A stretch of 39,269 bases of DNA from a virus. Its lineage: Duplodnaviria > Caudoviricetes. The first letter of the stretch is position 1. The number at the start of each line of letters is the position of its first letter. The position numbers and the translations under genes are program-made. The stretch spans positions 1-39,269 of IMG/VR virus record IMGVR_UViG_3300010362_000050; one strand, written 5' to 3'. The notes beneath the pieces are model-generated. The model did not search any database. It saw nothing but the letters and a program-made list of their open reading frames with translations, and was not told where the DNA came from. Positions 7,971 through 16,556 of the stretch are shown here, one piece after another.

Positions 7971-8376
7971 GGCCTACGAATTCTTCGTCGACGAGTGCAT
8001 TTCTCCCAAGTACGTCGGTCAGGTGTTTCGCGACGCCGGCTTTCCCGTCCATGTCCAAGGTCCCGCTACGTTCGGCACGGGCAGCCAGGATGTGGACTGG
8101 CTGCCGAAGGTGGGCGCGCGACGGTGGGTCCTGATTACGAAGGACAAGAATATTCGGAAGCGGGCCATTGAGGTCCGCGCGCTCGTGGAGTCTGGTGTGC
8201 GGGCGTTCGTCTTCACGGGCGGCGGCATGCGAGGCGAAGATCAGGGGATCGTCTTTCGCACGGCCTTGCCAGCCATCCTTCGTATGCTGGCTCGGATACC
8301 GCCGCCGTTCATCGCCAGAGTCACCTCCAGTGGCGACGTCGAACGCATTGACGCGGATCGATATCTGAAGACCTGA
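7903..8376 (+). CDS. PIN-like toxin (VapC45/Rv2019-like)
   Basis: FFVDECI, DVDWL, WVLITKDKNIR acidic PIN motifs; GAGGA RBS before ATG 7903; overlaps the antitoxin. Confidence 0.88.
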   Translation: MGARHRRSKKRSAANSRSTSPPEAYEFFVDECISPKYVGQVFRDAGFPVHVQGPATFGTGSQDVDWLPKVGARRWVLITKDKNIRKRAIEVRALVESGVRAFVFTGGGMRGEDQGIVFRTALPAILRMLARIPPPFIARVTSSGDVERIDADRYLKT

Positions 8377-8444
8377 GAGGCTTCGCGCGCGCCCCGGCGC
8401 CATACCACTCGCCGCCCTTTCGCGGCGGCGGGCCCCCTACGCTT

Positions 8445-8501
8445 TCCTGACGCCACTACAGCTTGGGCTGTTGAACGCCGATAACCGGCCGGAGTACAAC
8501 G
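8445..8501 (+). repeat. Promoter-containing repeat, copy B
   Basis: 44/57 identity with 7041-7097; TTGAAC-18-TACAAC then ATG 6 nt later (leaderless geometry). Confidence 0.75.
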
Positions 8502-8506
8502 AACGC

Positions 8507-8740
8507 ATGGAACCCCCTGCCACTCTTCCCCCACCTCCCACCGTTCGAACCAGTCTCTATCTCTCGCAGGACATGCTCGACGCGCTGCAGCGGCTCGCGC
8601 GCGAAGTGAACACGTCCGTCGCTGAGCTCGTGCGCGCGGCGATCGCGACGGACCGGTTGCTCCGCGAAGCGGTCGATCAAGGGGGCCGCGTCGTCATCGT
8701 CGAGAAGCGCGGGCTGCGCGAGGTCGTCATTCCGCGGTAG
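8507..8740 (+). CDS. Ribbon-helix-helix (CopG-like) protein
   Basis: RTSLYLSQDMLDALQRLAREVNTSVAELVRAAI. Confidence 0.82.
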   Translation: MEPPATLPPPPTVRTSLYLSQDMLDALQRLAREVNTSVAELVRAAIATDRLLREAVDQGGRVVIVEKRGLREVVIPR

Positions 8741-8755
8741 CATGCGCCCGCGCGG

Positions 8756-9076
8756 ATGACTGACGTCCCTACCGACGTCCCTACCGACCAACCCGTTGAT
8801 CTCGAACGCGAGGGACCTCAACGACCGCTGCCCCCGCCCGAGAGTAAGCCGTACGATCCCGCGCCGTTCCGGGACAAGATGCGCGCGGTCCTTGCGGGCG
8901 CACTGGTCGCACTGCTCGGGTTGACGATCCTCGCACCCTTCGTCGTCATTCTGTGGAAACCGGATCGGGCGCCGGCGATTCACGAGCACCTGGCGCTTGT
9001 CTTCACGCCGCTCGTCGCGCTCGTGGCGTCGGCTGTGGGGTACTACTTCGCCACGCGGAACACTGAGCAGAATTGA
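8756..9076 (+). CDS. 2-TM membrane protein
   Basis: Two hydrophobic helices ending ASAVGYYF; N-terminal TDVP tandem (12-bp repeat at about 8762-8788). Confidence 0.8.
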   Translation: MTDVPTDVPTDQPVDLEREGPQRPLPPPESKPYDPAPFRDKMRAVLAGALVALLGLTILAPFVVILWKPDRAPAIHEHLALVFTPLVALVASAVGYYFATRNTEQN

Positions 9077-9079
9077 ACA

Positions 9080-9247
9080 TCAGGTTCCCTTGTCGTCGTC
9101 GCGCCACCGCGCCTCCCGGTGACGCTCGGAGGCTCCCAACGACTTCCGCAGATGGTCATCAGGATCTCTGGGCAGATGCCGCCGGATCTCCCAGATCGCC
9201 AAGAGACAGAAGACCACGGCAAGGACGGCGCTGAGCAGGAGCAACAT
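9080..9247 (-). CDS. Small N-anchored membrane protein (55 aa; below the ORF-track cutoff)
   Basis: MLLLLSAVLAVVFCLLAIWEIRRHLPRD...; ATG directly follows the upstream TGA. Confidence 0.6.
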   Translation of the reverse strand: MLLLLSAVLAVVFCLLAIWEIRRHLPRDPDDHLRKSLGASERHREARWRDDDKGT

Positions 9248-9463
9248 TCAATCGCCGTTCGCGCGCGGGCCCTTCGCGTCGGCTTCGGCCATCGCCCGCC
9301 GCCGCGCGGCATCCGCGATGATGCCGTCGAGCGTTGACGTATCGGCCTCGATGCCGTGCTCGGCCAGGACGCCCTTGATCTTGTTCCACAGCGCCTCGCC
9401 GCCGTTCATGATCTGCGAGGCCAGCGCGAGCCACTGAATCGCGGCGGTCATGGATTCGTCCAC
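9248..9463 (-). CDS. Hypothetical helical protein
   Basis: GGAGG RBS before GTG; amphipathic sequence. Confidence 0.7.
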   Translation of the reverse strand: MDESMTAAIQWLALASQIMNGGEALWNKIKGVLAEHGIEADTSTLDGIIADAARRRAMAEADAKGPRANGD

Positions 9464-9465
9464 GG

Positions 9466-9894
9466 TCAGCCTCCAATCTTCGCGACGAGTTGAGTCTTCG
9501 CCGGCGAGCTCGGGATGAGCCCGAGCACCGTATTCACGATGGTCGTCAGCTCGCCGAGCAGCTGGGTGACGTCCGAGGGCAGGGCCGCCGTGGGCGGGAG
9601 CGCCCGCACCGCGCGCGCGATGCGTTCATCGTAGTCGAACGCCGTCACGAGCTGCGCGCTGATCTGCTGATGCTGATCCGGCGTCACGCAGGCCGGCGCC
9701 ACGGGCGCTTGGGGCTGGCCGCAGACGATCGCTTTCTCGGTGTCCTGGACCGTGCTGAGCACGGCGTGCGCGCTCGCGATCGACACGGTGCCGAGATGGC
9801 GCGGTCCGCCGGCCGTCGCGCACGCGGCCACGACAATGGCCGTCGCGATGGTGCCGCAGGCGATGATCAGAAGCTGTTCAAGTTCTCGTCTCAT
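9466..9894 (-). CDS. Predicted lipoprotein (possible spanin-like lysis accessory)
   Basis: Strong AGGAGGAGG RBS; signal peptide ending VVAAC (lipobox); end of late/lysis operon. Confidence 0.7.
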   Translation of the reverse strand: MRRELEQLLIIACGTIATAIVVAACATAGGPRHLGTVSIASAHAVLSTVQDTEKAIVCGQPQAPVAPACVTPDQHQQISAQLVTAFDYDERIARAVRALPPTAALPSDVTQLLGELTTIVNTVLGLIPSSPAKTQLVAKIGG

Positions 9895-10007
9895 GCCGGT
9901 TCCCCTCCTCCTTTGAAACGCCGTGCGCGTCGCAATCTTCCTGTGTCGGACGTGACCCGTGGCTCCCGGTCGAACAACGCGCGGACCGGGGGGACAAAGC
10001 ATGGCCT

Positions 10008-10274
10008 TCAGGCGGACGACGAAGCCCGTACAAGGTCCGCCGCCCGATCCGATCGAGAAGTTCCCAACGCCTGTGCGGGCGGCTGATCGTGCGCCGCCAC
10101 ACGGCCGAACCATCCGCGGATCCACCGCCGCCACCGCTGGCCGCGCGTCTCCACGGTGAACGCGCGACAGTCGCACTCTTCGACGATGCAGTCGCTCGGC
10201 GGGTCGCAGCTCAGCCAGCCGTTGTGCAGGACGATCGAATGGCCACAGCGGCAGAACTGCCAGTACGCGATCAC
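10008..10274 (-). CDS. Small Cys/His-rich protein
   Basis: GTGA overlap; CRCGH...H...C...C...CDC. Confidence 0.6.
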   Translation of the reverse strand: MIAYWQFCRCGHSIVLHNGWLSCDPPSDCIVEECDCRAFTVETRGQRWRRWIRGWFGRVAAHDQPPAQALGTSRSDRAADLVRASSSA

Positions 10275-11461
10275 TGATTGACGGCCCAGACACAGCAGCA
10301 CGGGCCGCTGTAGACCACGCGCGGCGTCCAGCCCGCGCGCCACTTCACCGAATTCCAATCGCCTTCACCATACGCGACGGTCCACGCCTGATTCCCGCGC
10401 ACGAGGTTCCTGAGCTTCCCGGTCGCGCCCGTCCATGTGATGCCCTCCGTCGGCGCGCCCGACCACGAATCGTTGTAGTACCGCCAGTCCGGCGAGACCG
10501 GGACGGCGGGTAGCAGCTCGCTGGCGATCCCCGGCAAGTTGTCAGCTGACAAGCCCTCGCCCTGCATCCAGTGGTAGGTGTAGCCGCACCCGACAGCAAG
10601 CGCGACCATCTGCGCCGCGGTGAAGGCATCGGGGTCGTTGTCGCGCCGGCCGTCCTGATACTGCGGGCCCGCGCCCATCGGCTCATCGAAGGCGAGGGCC
10701 GTGTCAGGTGCGAGCTCCGGCAGGACGTCGGAGAAGCCCTCGAGGTGATCGATCCAGCGCCGCCACCGCGAGGCATCGCCGTGCGAGCCGCGATCCGGAT
10801 GCATCACCACGATCCGCGAATGCTGCGACAGCGTCACGAGGCGCGCAGTGGTCTCGGCCGACGCATCGGGATTATCGCCGTCCTGCGGATCACCGATCGA
10901 GAAGTCGCGGTGCCTGAGAATCGCGGCGAGCTGCTCGGCGAGCGCGAGCAATGCCGGATCGTCGGCTTCGCTCCAGCCGTTCTTGAACGGCTCATTGGCG
11001 ATCTGGGGAATGACGCCCGGCCGCGGCGCGCAGAAACCGCCGTACTGCGTCATCCAGGCCTGCCGTTCCTGCGGATCCGGCACGATGATCTGCGCGTCTG
11101 CGAAGAAACACGGCTCGAGATAGAGGCCGCGCGCGGTGACGAGGTCGTAGGCGTGCGCAGCTGCGTCCCAGTACCCGGGCGTGCGCGGACTGAAGTTGTC
11201 CGGCGGGTTCCAGTTGAGCATCCCGCACATGCGGACGATCGTCCGATTCGCCGCGGCGTACGCATCGAGCCGATCGACGAGCTGCTGTTCGCGGCCGCCG
11301 TTGAGGATGTAGCCGATGCCCGGGAGATCCGACACGCTGCGCCAGGCGAACCACCCCGCGTCATTCTGGAAATGGCGCTGCACTGCGCGGACACGGCCGG
11401 CGATCACAGAGGATCCGCCGCCGCCCACGCGATACGGGCGCAGCGTCTGAAACGCGATCAC
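10271..11461 (-). CDS. Glycoside hydrolase-like TIM-barrel protein (clan GH-A-like)
   Basis: IANEP (acid/base-like) and FDEP (nucleophile-like) motifs; IVRM, LYLE strands; YTYH near the barrel end. Confidence 0.65.
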   Translation of the reverse strand: MIAFQTLRPYRVGGGGSSVIAGRVRAVQRHFQNDAGWFAWRSVSDLPGIGYILNGGREQQLVDRLDAYAAANRTIVRMCGMLNWNPPDNFSPRTPGYWDAAAHAYDLVTARGLYLEPCFFADAQIIVPDPQERQAWMTQYGGFCAPRPGVIPQIANEPFKNGWSEADDPALLALAEQLAAILRHRDFSIGDPQDGDNPDASAETTARLVTLSQHSRIVVMHPDRGSHGDASRWRRWIDHLEGFSDVLPELAPDTALAFDEPMGAGPQYQDGRRDNDPDAFTAAQMVALAVGCGYTYHWMQGEGLSADNLPGIASELLPAVPVSPDWRYYNDSWSGAPTEGITWTGATGKLRNLVRGNQAWTVAYGEGDWNSVKWRAGWTPRVVYSGPCCCVWAVNQ

Positions 11462-13359
11462 TTGGACACCCAGGAAACCGGCGTCGCGACGAATGGATGC
11501 GGCACATCCGGCGTCTGTTCGTACTCGACCATCAGGAGTTTCGTGCCGTCGGGCATCGCCAGCAGGAACGGCTGCTCATAGCCCTGCGGATCGTCCGGCT
11601 TGAGATAGAACTGCTTCGTGAGGTCGTTCGAGAATTTCGTCATGTCGACGCCGAAGTACGCGCCGGTCGTGATGTGCTGCGCCTGGCCACGGCCGTTCCC
11701 GAGATCGGCGAGCTCGAATTCCGCATCACCCTCGGGCGCGTCGGCATCGAAGTGCAGGGCGTACCAGCCGAACAGCCCCTTGCCGGCATCGGCGTGCGTC
11801 GAGCGGGCGAACTTTCCACCCGGCCCGACCAGTCCTCCACGTTCGGTCTCCATGAGTCCTCCAAGGCCATACGGTGTCAGGAATCTGAACTCGTCCGGAA
11901 GCGGCGGGTCCGGCGGATCCGGCGGTTGAGGTGTCGGGATCGGCATCAGTTCGACGTCCGACCCAGCGGCCGCCTTCAGGTTGGCGAACGTCGCCTGGAG
12001 CTCCGGATGCGCCGTGATGCCGTTCGCGCGCGCGTAGGCGAACGGTGCGACCGCTTTCACGCGTGGCGAGGCGTTGACGAGATCACTCAGGGGGCGCAGC
12101 GCGTCGAGGACCTCGGCGATCGTCCACAGCTCGTTCGGCGGCGCCCCGCCCTGGCAGTAGAACTGGGCGATGAGCCCGAGGTCGTTCGGCCACGCGAGGA
12201 TCAGCGTCATCAGGTTGTCGTGCCAGCGCATGACGCTCTGCTCGAGCGTTTCGGACTTCAGGCGGTAGCACTCGATGAAGGGCAGATCCCACGCGCGGAG
12301 TGCCGCCGGCGGAATCCACGACGTCGGCGCATCGTGCGCCACAAGGCATCGGTCGTTGAGACGGTCGGCCTCGGCGATCGCCGCGCTGGGGTCGGCGGCC
12401 TCCGTGTAGACGCCGAGGCTTCCGTCGTCCATGCGGTACTCCGTGCCCGCCTGGAGGTCCGGATCCTTGTACGGCACGACGAGCACGGGATGATCGAACG
12501 TGAAGGTCGGAATGTGCAGCGGCGGCACGGGCGGTTCTACTGGGTTGACGAGGTCGGCGACCTTGATGTCCGTCCAGAGAATGCCGTCTGGCCGTTCGCC
12601 AGCCGTCATGGCCCAGCAGACGCGGATCGTGTCGGGATCGAGCGCCATCGCGTCGGCGTTGAAGCCGGCGTTGTTGCCCACGATGAGCATGCCGAGCGGC
12701 TCGTTCCACTTCCGAAGCCAGAGCCGCTCGTACCCCGTGACGAGCAGCAGCCGTTCGCGTCCGGTCCAGATCGACTGCGCCGAGAACACCGGATCCGCCT
12801 GCGGGGCCGGATTCGGGACGCCCCACGCGACGACTTGACTGTTCTCGGTCCAGCACGCGACCGCGCGGCTCTCAATCGTCAGCTTGCCGATCGCGATGTC
12901 GGGCAAGACGACGGCGGGCCCGACCGGCGGCAGCAACAGCAGCCCTGAGCCCTCGCCGCGGTTCTGGACCATCGCGAGCGTGCCATCGCGCGCGGCGGCG
13001 CCGCGGCCGTCGCCGGACACCGTGGGGCCTGCCAGGCCGGCAGCCGGCCAGACGTTGCCGGCCGCATCGTAGACGCCGTAGCCGGCCAGCCAGGCCAGCC
13101 ACTTCCCACCGCCGGCGGCGATCGCATTCGCGCCGCGTGCGCCGCCAGGCAGATCGGCAATCGTGCGCGTCGTGATGTCGTACGTCTGCAGCCGCCACAC
13201 CTCCGGTGTCGTGCCCGGCGGCGAGACCAGCCCGTTGAAGACGATCGACGTCGTCGTCAGCCACTGAGCAGACGTGCCCCGCGGCGCCACAACCTGCTTG
13301 TCGTAGCTCACCTGGGCGTCGAAGCCCGCCGCGACGCCGTTGATCCAGATCCTCGGCAC
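11458..13359 (-). CDS. Modular 633-aa protein: beta-rich N-domain, alpha/beta middle domain, Pro linker, fascin/beta-trefoil-like C-domain
   Basis: Pro-rich linkers PVEPPVPP and PIPTPQPPDPPDPPLP; C-terminal EFELADLGNGR...GAYFGV...GYEQ pattern. Fold calls are by eye. Confidence 0.6.
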   Translation of the reverse strand: MPRIWINGVAAGFDAQVSYDKQVVAPRGTSAQWLTTTSIVFNGLVSPPGTTPEVWRLQTYDITTRTIADLPGGARGANAIAAGGGKWLAWLAGYGVYDAAGNVWPAAGLAGPTVSGDGRGAAARDGTLAMVQNRGEGSGLLLLPPVGPAVVLPDIAIGKLTIESRAVACWTENSQVVAWGVPNPAPQADPVFSAQSIWTGRERLLLVTGYERLWLRKWNEPLGMLIVGNNAGFNADAMALDPDTIRVCWAMTAGERPDGILWTDIKVADLVNPVEPPVPPLHIPTFTFDHPVLVVPYKDPDLQAGTEYRMDDGSLGVYTEAADPSAAIAEADRLNDRCLVAHDAPTSWIPPAALRAWDLPFIECYRLKSETLEQSVMRWHDNLMTLILAWPNDLGLIAQFYCQGGAPPNELWTIAEVLDALRPLSDLVNASPRVKAVAPFAYARANGITAHPELQATFANLKAAAGSDVELMPIPTPQPPDPPDPPLPDEFRFLTPYGLGGLMETERGGLVGPGGKFARSTHADAGKGLFGWYALHFDADAPEGDAEFELADLGNGRGQAQHITTGAYFGVDMTKFSNDLTKQFYLKPDDPQGYEQPFLLAMPDGTKLLMVEYEQTPDVPHPFVATPVSWVSK

Positions 13360-13365
13360 GGGGGT

Positions 13366-13584
13366 CTACTTCTCGGCAGGAGAGAAGTCGACGTAGTACG
13401 ACTGGCCGACGGCGAACTGCTCGAGCGCCTTCGGGTTGTCGATTCCAAGCTCGATCGTGCCCCAGGGCGTCGCTTGCGTGAAGCGCGCGTTCTCGCTGTC
13501 CTTCCCTGCGTCGGGTTCGTACACCGTGCGGAAAGTCACGCGATGATTGTTCAGCGATTCACAGGTCACCTTCGCTCTCACCAT
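13366..13584 (-). CDS. Conserved small phage protein (72 aa)
   Basis: GAGGAGGAG RBS; VRAK..C, EN.RF..ATP.G.I.L.IDNP.A...F..G..YYVDF motif. Confidence 0.85.
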   Translation of the reverse strand: MVRAKVTCESLNNHRVTFRTVYEPDAGKDSENARFTQATPWGTIELGIDNPKALEQFAVGQSYYVDFSPAEK

Positions 13585-13595
13585 GGTGCTCCTCC

Positions 13596-15356
13596 TCAGG
13601 CCTGTCGGCCTTCCAATCGAATGCGGTCGTAGATCTGCAACACCGCGGCCGCGTAGTCCTGATTGCGATCGGCGATCGTGTCTGGTTCGTTGTCCGCTGT
13701 ACCGCCATTCCATGCGGCCAGCGCTGAGGCCAGGACGATGGGTTTCCCGATGGTCCCTGCCGCCTTCGCCGCCGCCCATTGCAGGCGTGACGCCAGATAC
13801 TTGGCACCGCAATCGAGATTGGTGTCGGGTTCGCAGAGCTGTGTGAGGAACGCGCCTCGGAAGCCCATCTCGCGCGCGACCGCACCCATCAACTGGCAGT
13901 TGTGTACCGCGGACCTACCAGCAATGAATGAAGAATCTGATGGAACCTCGAGATCGTAGACGGTGCATTCAGCTGCCGCTCGAATGGTCCGAACGGGGAA
14001 ATAGACGAAGTCCGCATCTTTTCGCCACGCCGGTTGGGTGTGTCGACGAAGACGGTCTGGAACCATCGGCCAAATGATGGAGAGCCCCGTAGCCTTCTTG
14101 AAGCGCTCGACGCCGTCGTAAGAATTCAAAGACACGTTGAACCAACTGCGAACTTTTACGATTCGGGAAACGATCTCCAGTCGCGAGAGGAGATGTGCCA
14201 TCGCGTAGGCGTGCGCTTCGCTTGCGGTCGTATAGAAACCATGGCCGAGGCAGCCGTGGCCCAACCACATACCACGCGCCAACGCCGCTTGCTTGGCTTG
14301 GGGTAACCAGAGCATCCACCCAGGAATCCGTTTGGTGAGACCATTTCCCGGGAGTGTGAGAGCCAACCAACGTGCCGCCGGTCCATAGACACAGAGCTGA
14401 ACACCATGGGTCGCTCTGTTTCGGTGCAGTCTGTAATTCGGCGCCACGCCGAAGATCTCGGTAAAGAGTCGGAGCAGAAGAACCTGCAAATGGGTTTCTC
14501 GCTCGTGAAAACTGAAAGCCACACCCTTCTTCTTGTCGAGGACACTACCCTGCGAGAGATAGAGTCCGGCCAGTTCCAGGAGACGTTCGTCGATCGCGAT
14601 CTCGTTGCGAATCCGAGACCGGACTCGTCCGCCATTTCGATAGCGCATGACAAGATCGCCGTCATCCTCAACGTATTCCGTGGCATCTCTCCAACGCTGA
14701 TTTCTGGCGAGAGAGTCCATCACGCTCAGGCCTTCGATATCTCGTGTCGGTGCGTTTCGTGGCATGGCCACCATGTCCCACTCAGTGACTTCTGAAGCGG
14801 GTATCCACTCCGGCTGATCTGCGGTGATCACCCGGCGTCGCCCAGTGCCATAGACTCCCAGTGCTGACTTGCGAACGAAGAGGCGGTGTTCTGCTGTCAC
14901 GCGCAATGGCAGGTTCAGACCGAGGCGAACATCAAGGCATGGAGCGGTCCTGCGGGTTGTTGCGAGAACGCACGATAGATGGCCGTTCCGATCGAGAACT
15001 ATAGATCCCGCTTTCAATTGTTCTATTGGTGTCCAGCCATCCGCAGTGGCGATGGGCGTGCCCTCTGCCACGCACATGCCCCACGATGCCTGCTGTGCCC
15101 AGAATTCCTGATCCGGATCGGTGTCGGGCGGAGCCGGAAAGTCCTTCGGCGGAAACTTCGACAACAGCTCGAGCTCCGTGAGCGGCCGAAAGGGTTTCCC
15201 GCGCTTCACATCCCAGAGATAGCGGTAGCGTGGCTCGGGGTTGTAGGCCCACGGACGATAGCCGCTTTCCCGCTCGGCGATGGCCTGCAGCAGATCGGGA
15301 TCGATCGCGTACTTCCCGGCCGCGGCGACGATCTCTGCCCGGTAAGTGAGCGTCAC
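13596..15356 (-). CDS. Lytic transglycosylase (SLT) endolysin interrupted by an intein
   Basis: IDPDLLQAIAERES (catalytic Glu), SWGM/CQLM, NLDCGAKYL, ALAAWNGG; 586-aa precursor, 194-aa spliced product. Confidence 0.88.
   Translation of the reverse strand: MTLTYRAEIVAAAGKYAIDPDLLQAIAERESGYRPWAYNPEPRYRYLWDVKRGKPFRPLTELELLSKFPPKDFPAPPDTDPDQEFWAQQASWGMCVAEGTPIATADGWTPIEQLKAGSIVLDRNGHLSCVLATTRRTAPCLDVRLGLNLPLRVTAEHRLFVRKSALGVYGTGRRRVITADQPEWIPASEVTEWDMVAMPRNAPTRDIEGLSVMDSLARNQRWRDATEYVEDDGDLVMRYRNGGRVRSRIRNEIAIDERLLELAGLYLSQGSVLDKKKGVAFSFHERETHLQVLLLRLFTEIFGVAPNYRLHRNRATHGVQLCVYGPAARWLALTLPGNGLTKRIPGWMLWLPQAKQAALARGMWLGHGCLGHGFYTTASEAHAYAMAHLLSRLEIVSRIVKVRSWFNVSLNSYDGVERFKKATGLSIIWPMVPDRLRRHTQPAWRKDADFVYFPVRTIRAAAECTVYDLEVPSDSSFIAGRSAVHNCQLMGAVAREMGFRGAFLTQLCEPDTNLDCGAKYLASRLQWAAAKAAGTIGKPIVLASALAAWNGGTADNEPDTIADRNQDYAAAVLQIYDRIRLEGRQA
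13899..15074 (-). mobile_element. Intein (392 aa) with degenerate LAGLIDADG endonuclease
   Basis: Block A CVAEGTPI, block B VTAEH, block F VYDLEV, terminal HN/C; LAGLYLSQG and LARGMWLGHG motifs; visibly lower GC than flanking genes. Confidence 0.92.
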
Positions 15357-15631
15357 GATCCGCTCACCGCCTTTTCGGTCGTCGGGTCTGGTGCTGGCGT
15401 CGGTTGACGGAAGTGCAGATCGTAATCGTCGAGCACTTCGAAGATGCACCGGAGTCCCTCTTGGCTGGCGACCATCGCGTCGCTGTGCCGCAGATCGCCC
15501 AGGCGATCGTCGTGCACCCGGTAGTACTCGTGGATGCCGTCCTTCATGCAGTCGCGAATCCGCTGATAGCACTCGGCGCGAGGATCGTCACTCGCCCGGC
15601 GGCGGAGCACCGCGCGCGGCACAGGAGTCAT
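15353..15631 (-). CDS. Hypothetical protein (92 aa)
   Basis: ATGA/GTGA overlaps on both sides; GAGG RBS. Confidence 0.65.
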   Translation of the reverse strand: MTPVPRAVLRRRASDDPRAECYQRIRDCMKDGIHEYYRVHDDRLGDLRHSDAMVASQEGLRCIFEVLDDYDLHFRQPTPAPDPTTEKAVSGS

Positions 15632-15969
15632 AGCTGTGGATCCTCTCCGTTGACGGCGGCCGTCGTGACGGCGTCGAGCTTCGCGTCTATGGCGGCCAGC
15701 TTCGCCGCCGCCTCCGTTGCCGCGCTGGCCGCCCTCTGGCTCACCTGGGTATTCACGTCGAGCTTCTTCTCCGCACGCTGCCGATCTTCCAGATCCCATT
15801 TCCGGTTGCGCGACTCGCGATAGAGCTGGAACACCTGCGTCGCCAAGGTCGCCAGAAAGCCAATGATGAGCGTCCAGAGGGCGTAGCGCGGATCGAGCGG
15901 GATCGCCGGGGCCGCGGCGGGTTGGTCCTGCAAGACGACGAGGCCGACGGCCAGGAGCGTGAGTCTCAC
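15628..15969 (-). CDS. Holin-like membrane protein with coiled-coil tail
   Basis: Hydrophobic segments LTLLAVGLVVL and ALWTLIIGFLATLATQVF; between tail and endolysin genes. Confidence 0.55.
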   Translation of the reverse strand: MRLTLLAVGLVVLQDQPAAAPAIPLDPRYALWTLIIGFLATLATQVFQLYRESRNRKWDLEDRQRAEKKLDVNTQVSQRAASAATEAAAKLAAIDAKLDAVTTAAVNGEDPQL

Positions 15970-16556
15970 TTCGCGACCCCGTAGATCCGGATGGTACCGC
16001 TCGCGATGGTGCCGCTGTCGAAGAGGAACCGCACCGCATTGACGGCGGTCGTTTGCAGATACCAGCCCGCGACGGTGAAGCCGTAGTAATTCCCGTCGTT
16101 GTGCGCGACGGTGATCTGCCCGACGTAACTCTTGTAGGCGCTCCCGAGCGGATGGGCGATTTCGATGCGGCCGCTCGCGCCGCCGTTGGTGCTCGCCGCC
16201 TTCACGATCCCGATGAGGACGCAGGCCGTCGCGCTGTTGCTGTTGCTGACGCCGGTCGCGCCCGCCGCGTTGTAATACGTCCCGACCCATTTGTAGTTAC
16301 TGCCGCTGTCGTATGTCGCGCCGCCGTCGGTCGAATAGCGTAGCTGCAGGTTCGCCGCCGCCGATCCGACGAGCTGCTGCAGCTCGACGACATAGGTGTC
16401 GTACGTGGACGTGAACGCCGCGGTGAAATCGAGCGTCGCCGAGCCGCTCGCCGAGTGCGATTCGAGGAGGACAAGCGATCCCCCGCCGCCGCCTCCTCCG
16501 CCGGAGATCGTACCGGGAATGATCTGCCGCGTCCCGTCGATCTGCTGGGTGCCCAT
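15966..16556 (-). CDS. Second receptor-binding/tail-fibre head protein
   Basis: Short N-terminal arm, poly-Gly linker, beta-rich domain paralogous to the C-terminus of 16557..21911 (LVLLE...STxGGxxxD...GTIRxYGVAK). Confidence 0.75.
   Translation of the reverse strand: MGTQQIDGTRQIIPGTISGGGGGGGGSLVLLESHSASGSATLDFTAAFTSTYDTYVVELQQLVGSAAANLQLRYSTDGGATYDSGSNYKWVGTYYNAAGATGVSNSNSATACVLIGIVKAASTNGGASGRIEIAHPLGSAYKSYVGQITVAHNDGNYYGFTVAGWYLQTTAVNAVRFLFDSGTIASGTIRIYGVAK

Noticed and set aside
9895-10045. Structured ncRNA upstream of the lipoprotein gene
   Set aside because: Only two 7-bp GC hairpins, which is within chance at this GC content; no family recognised.
9466-10293. Long N-terminal extensions in the ORF track (also 13596..15572, 27418..28098, 4391..5035)
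   Set aside because: They overlap better-supported neighbours; downstream starts with RBS or NTGA coupling fit better.
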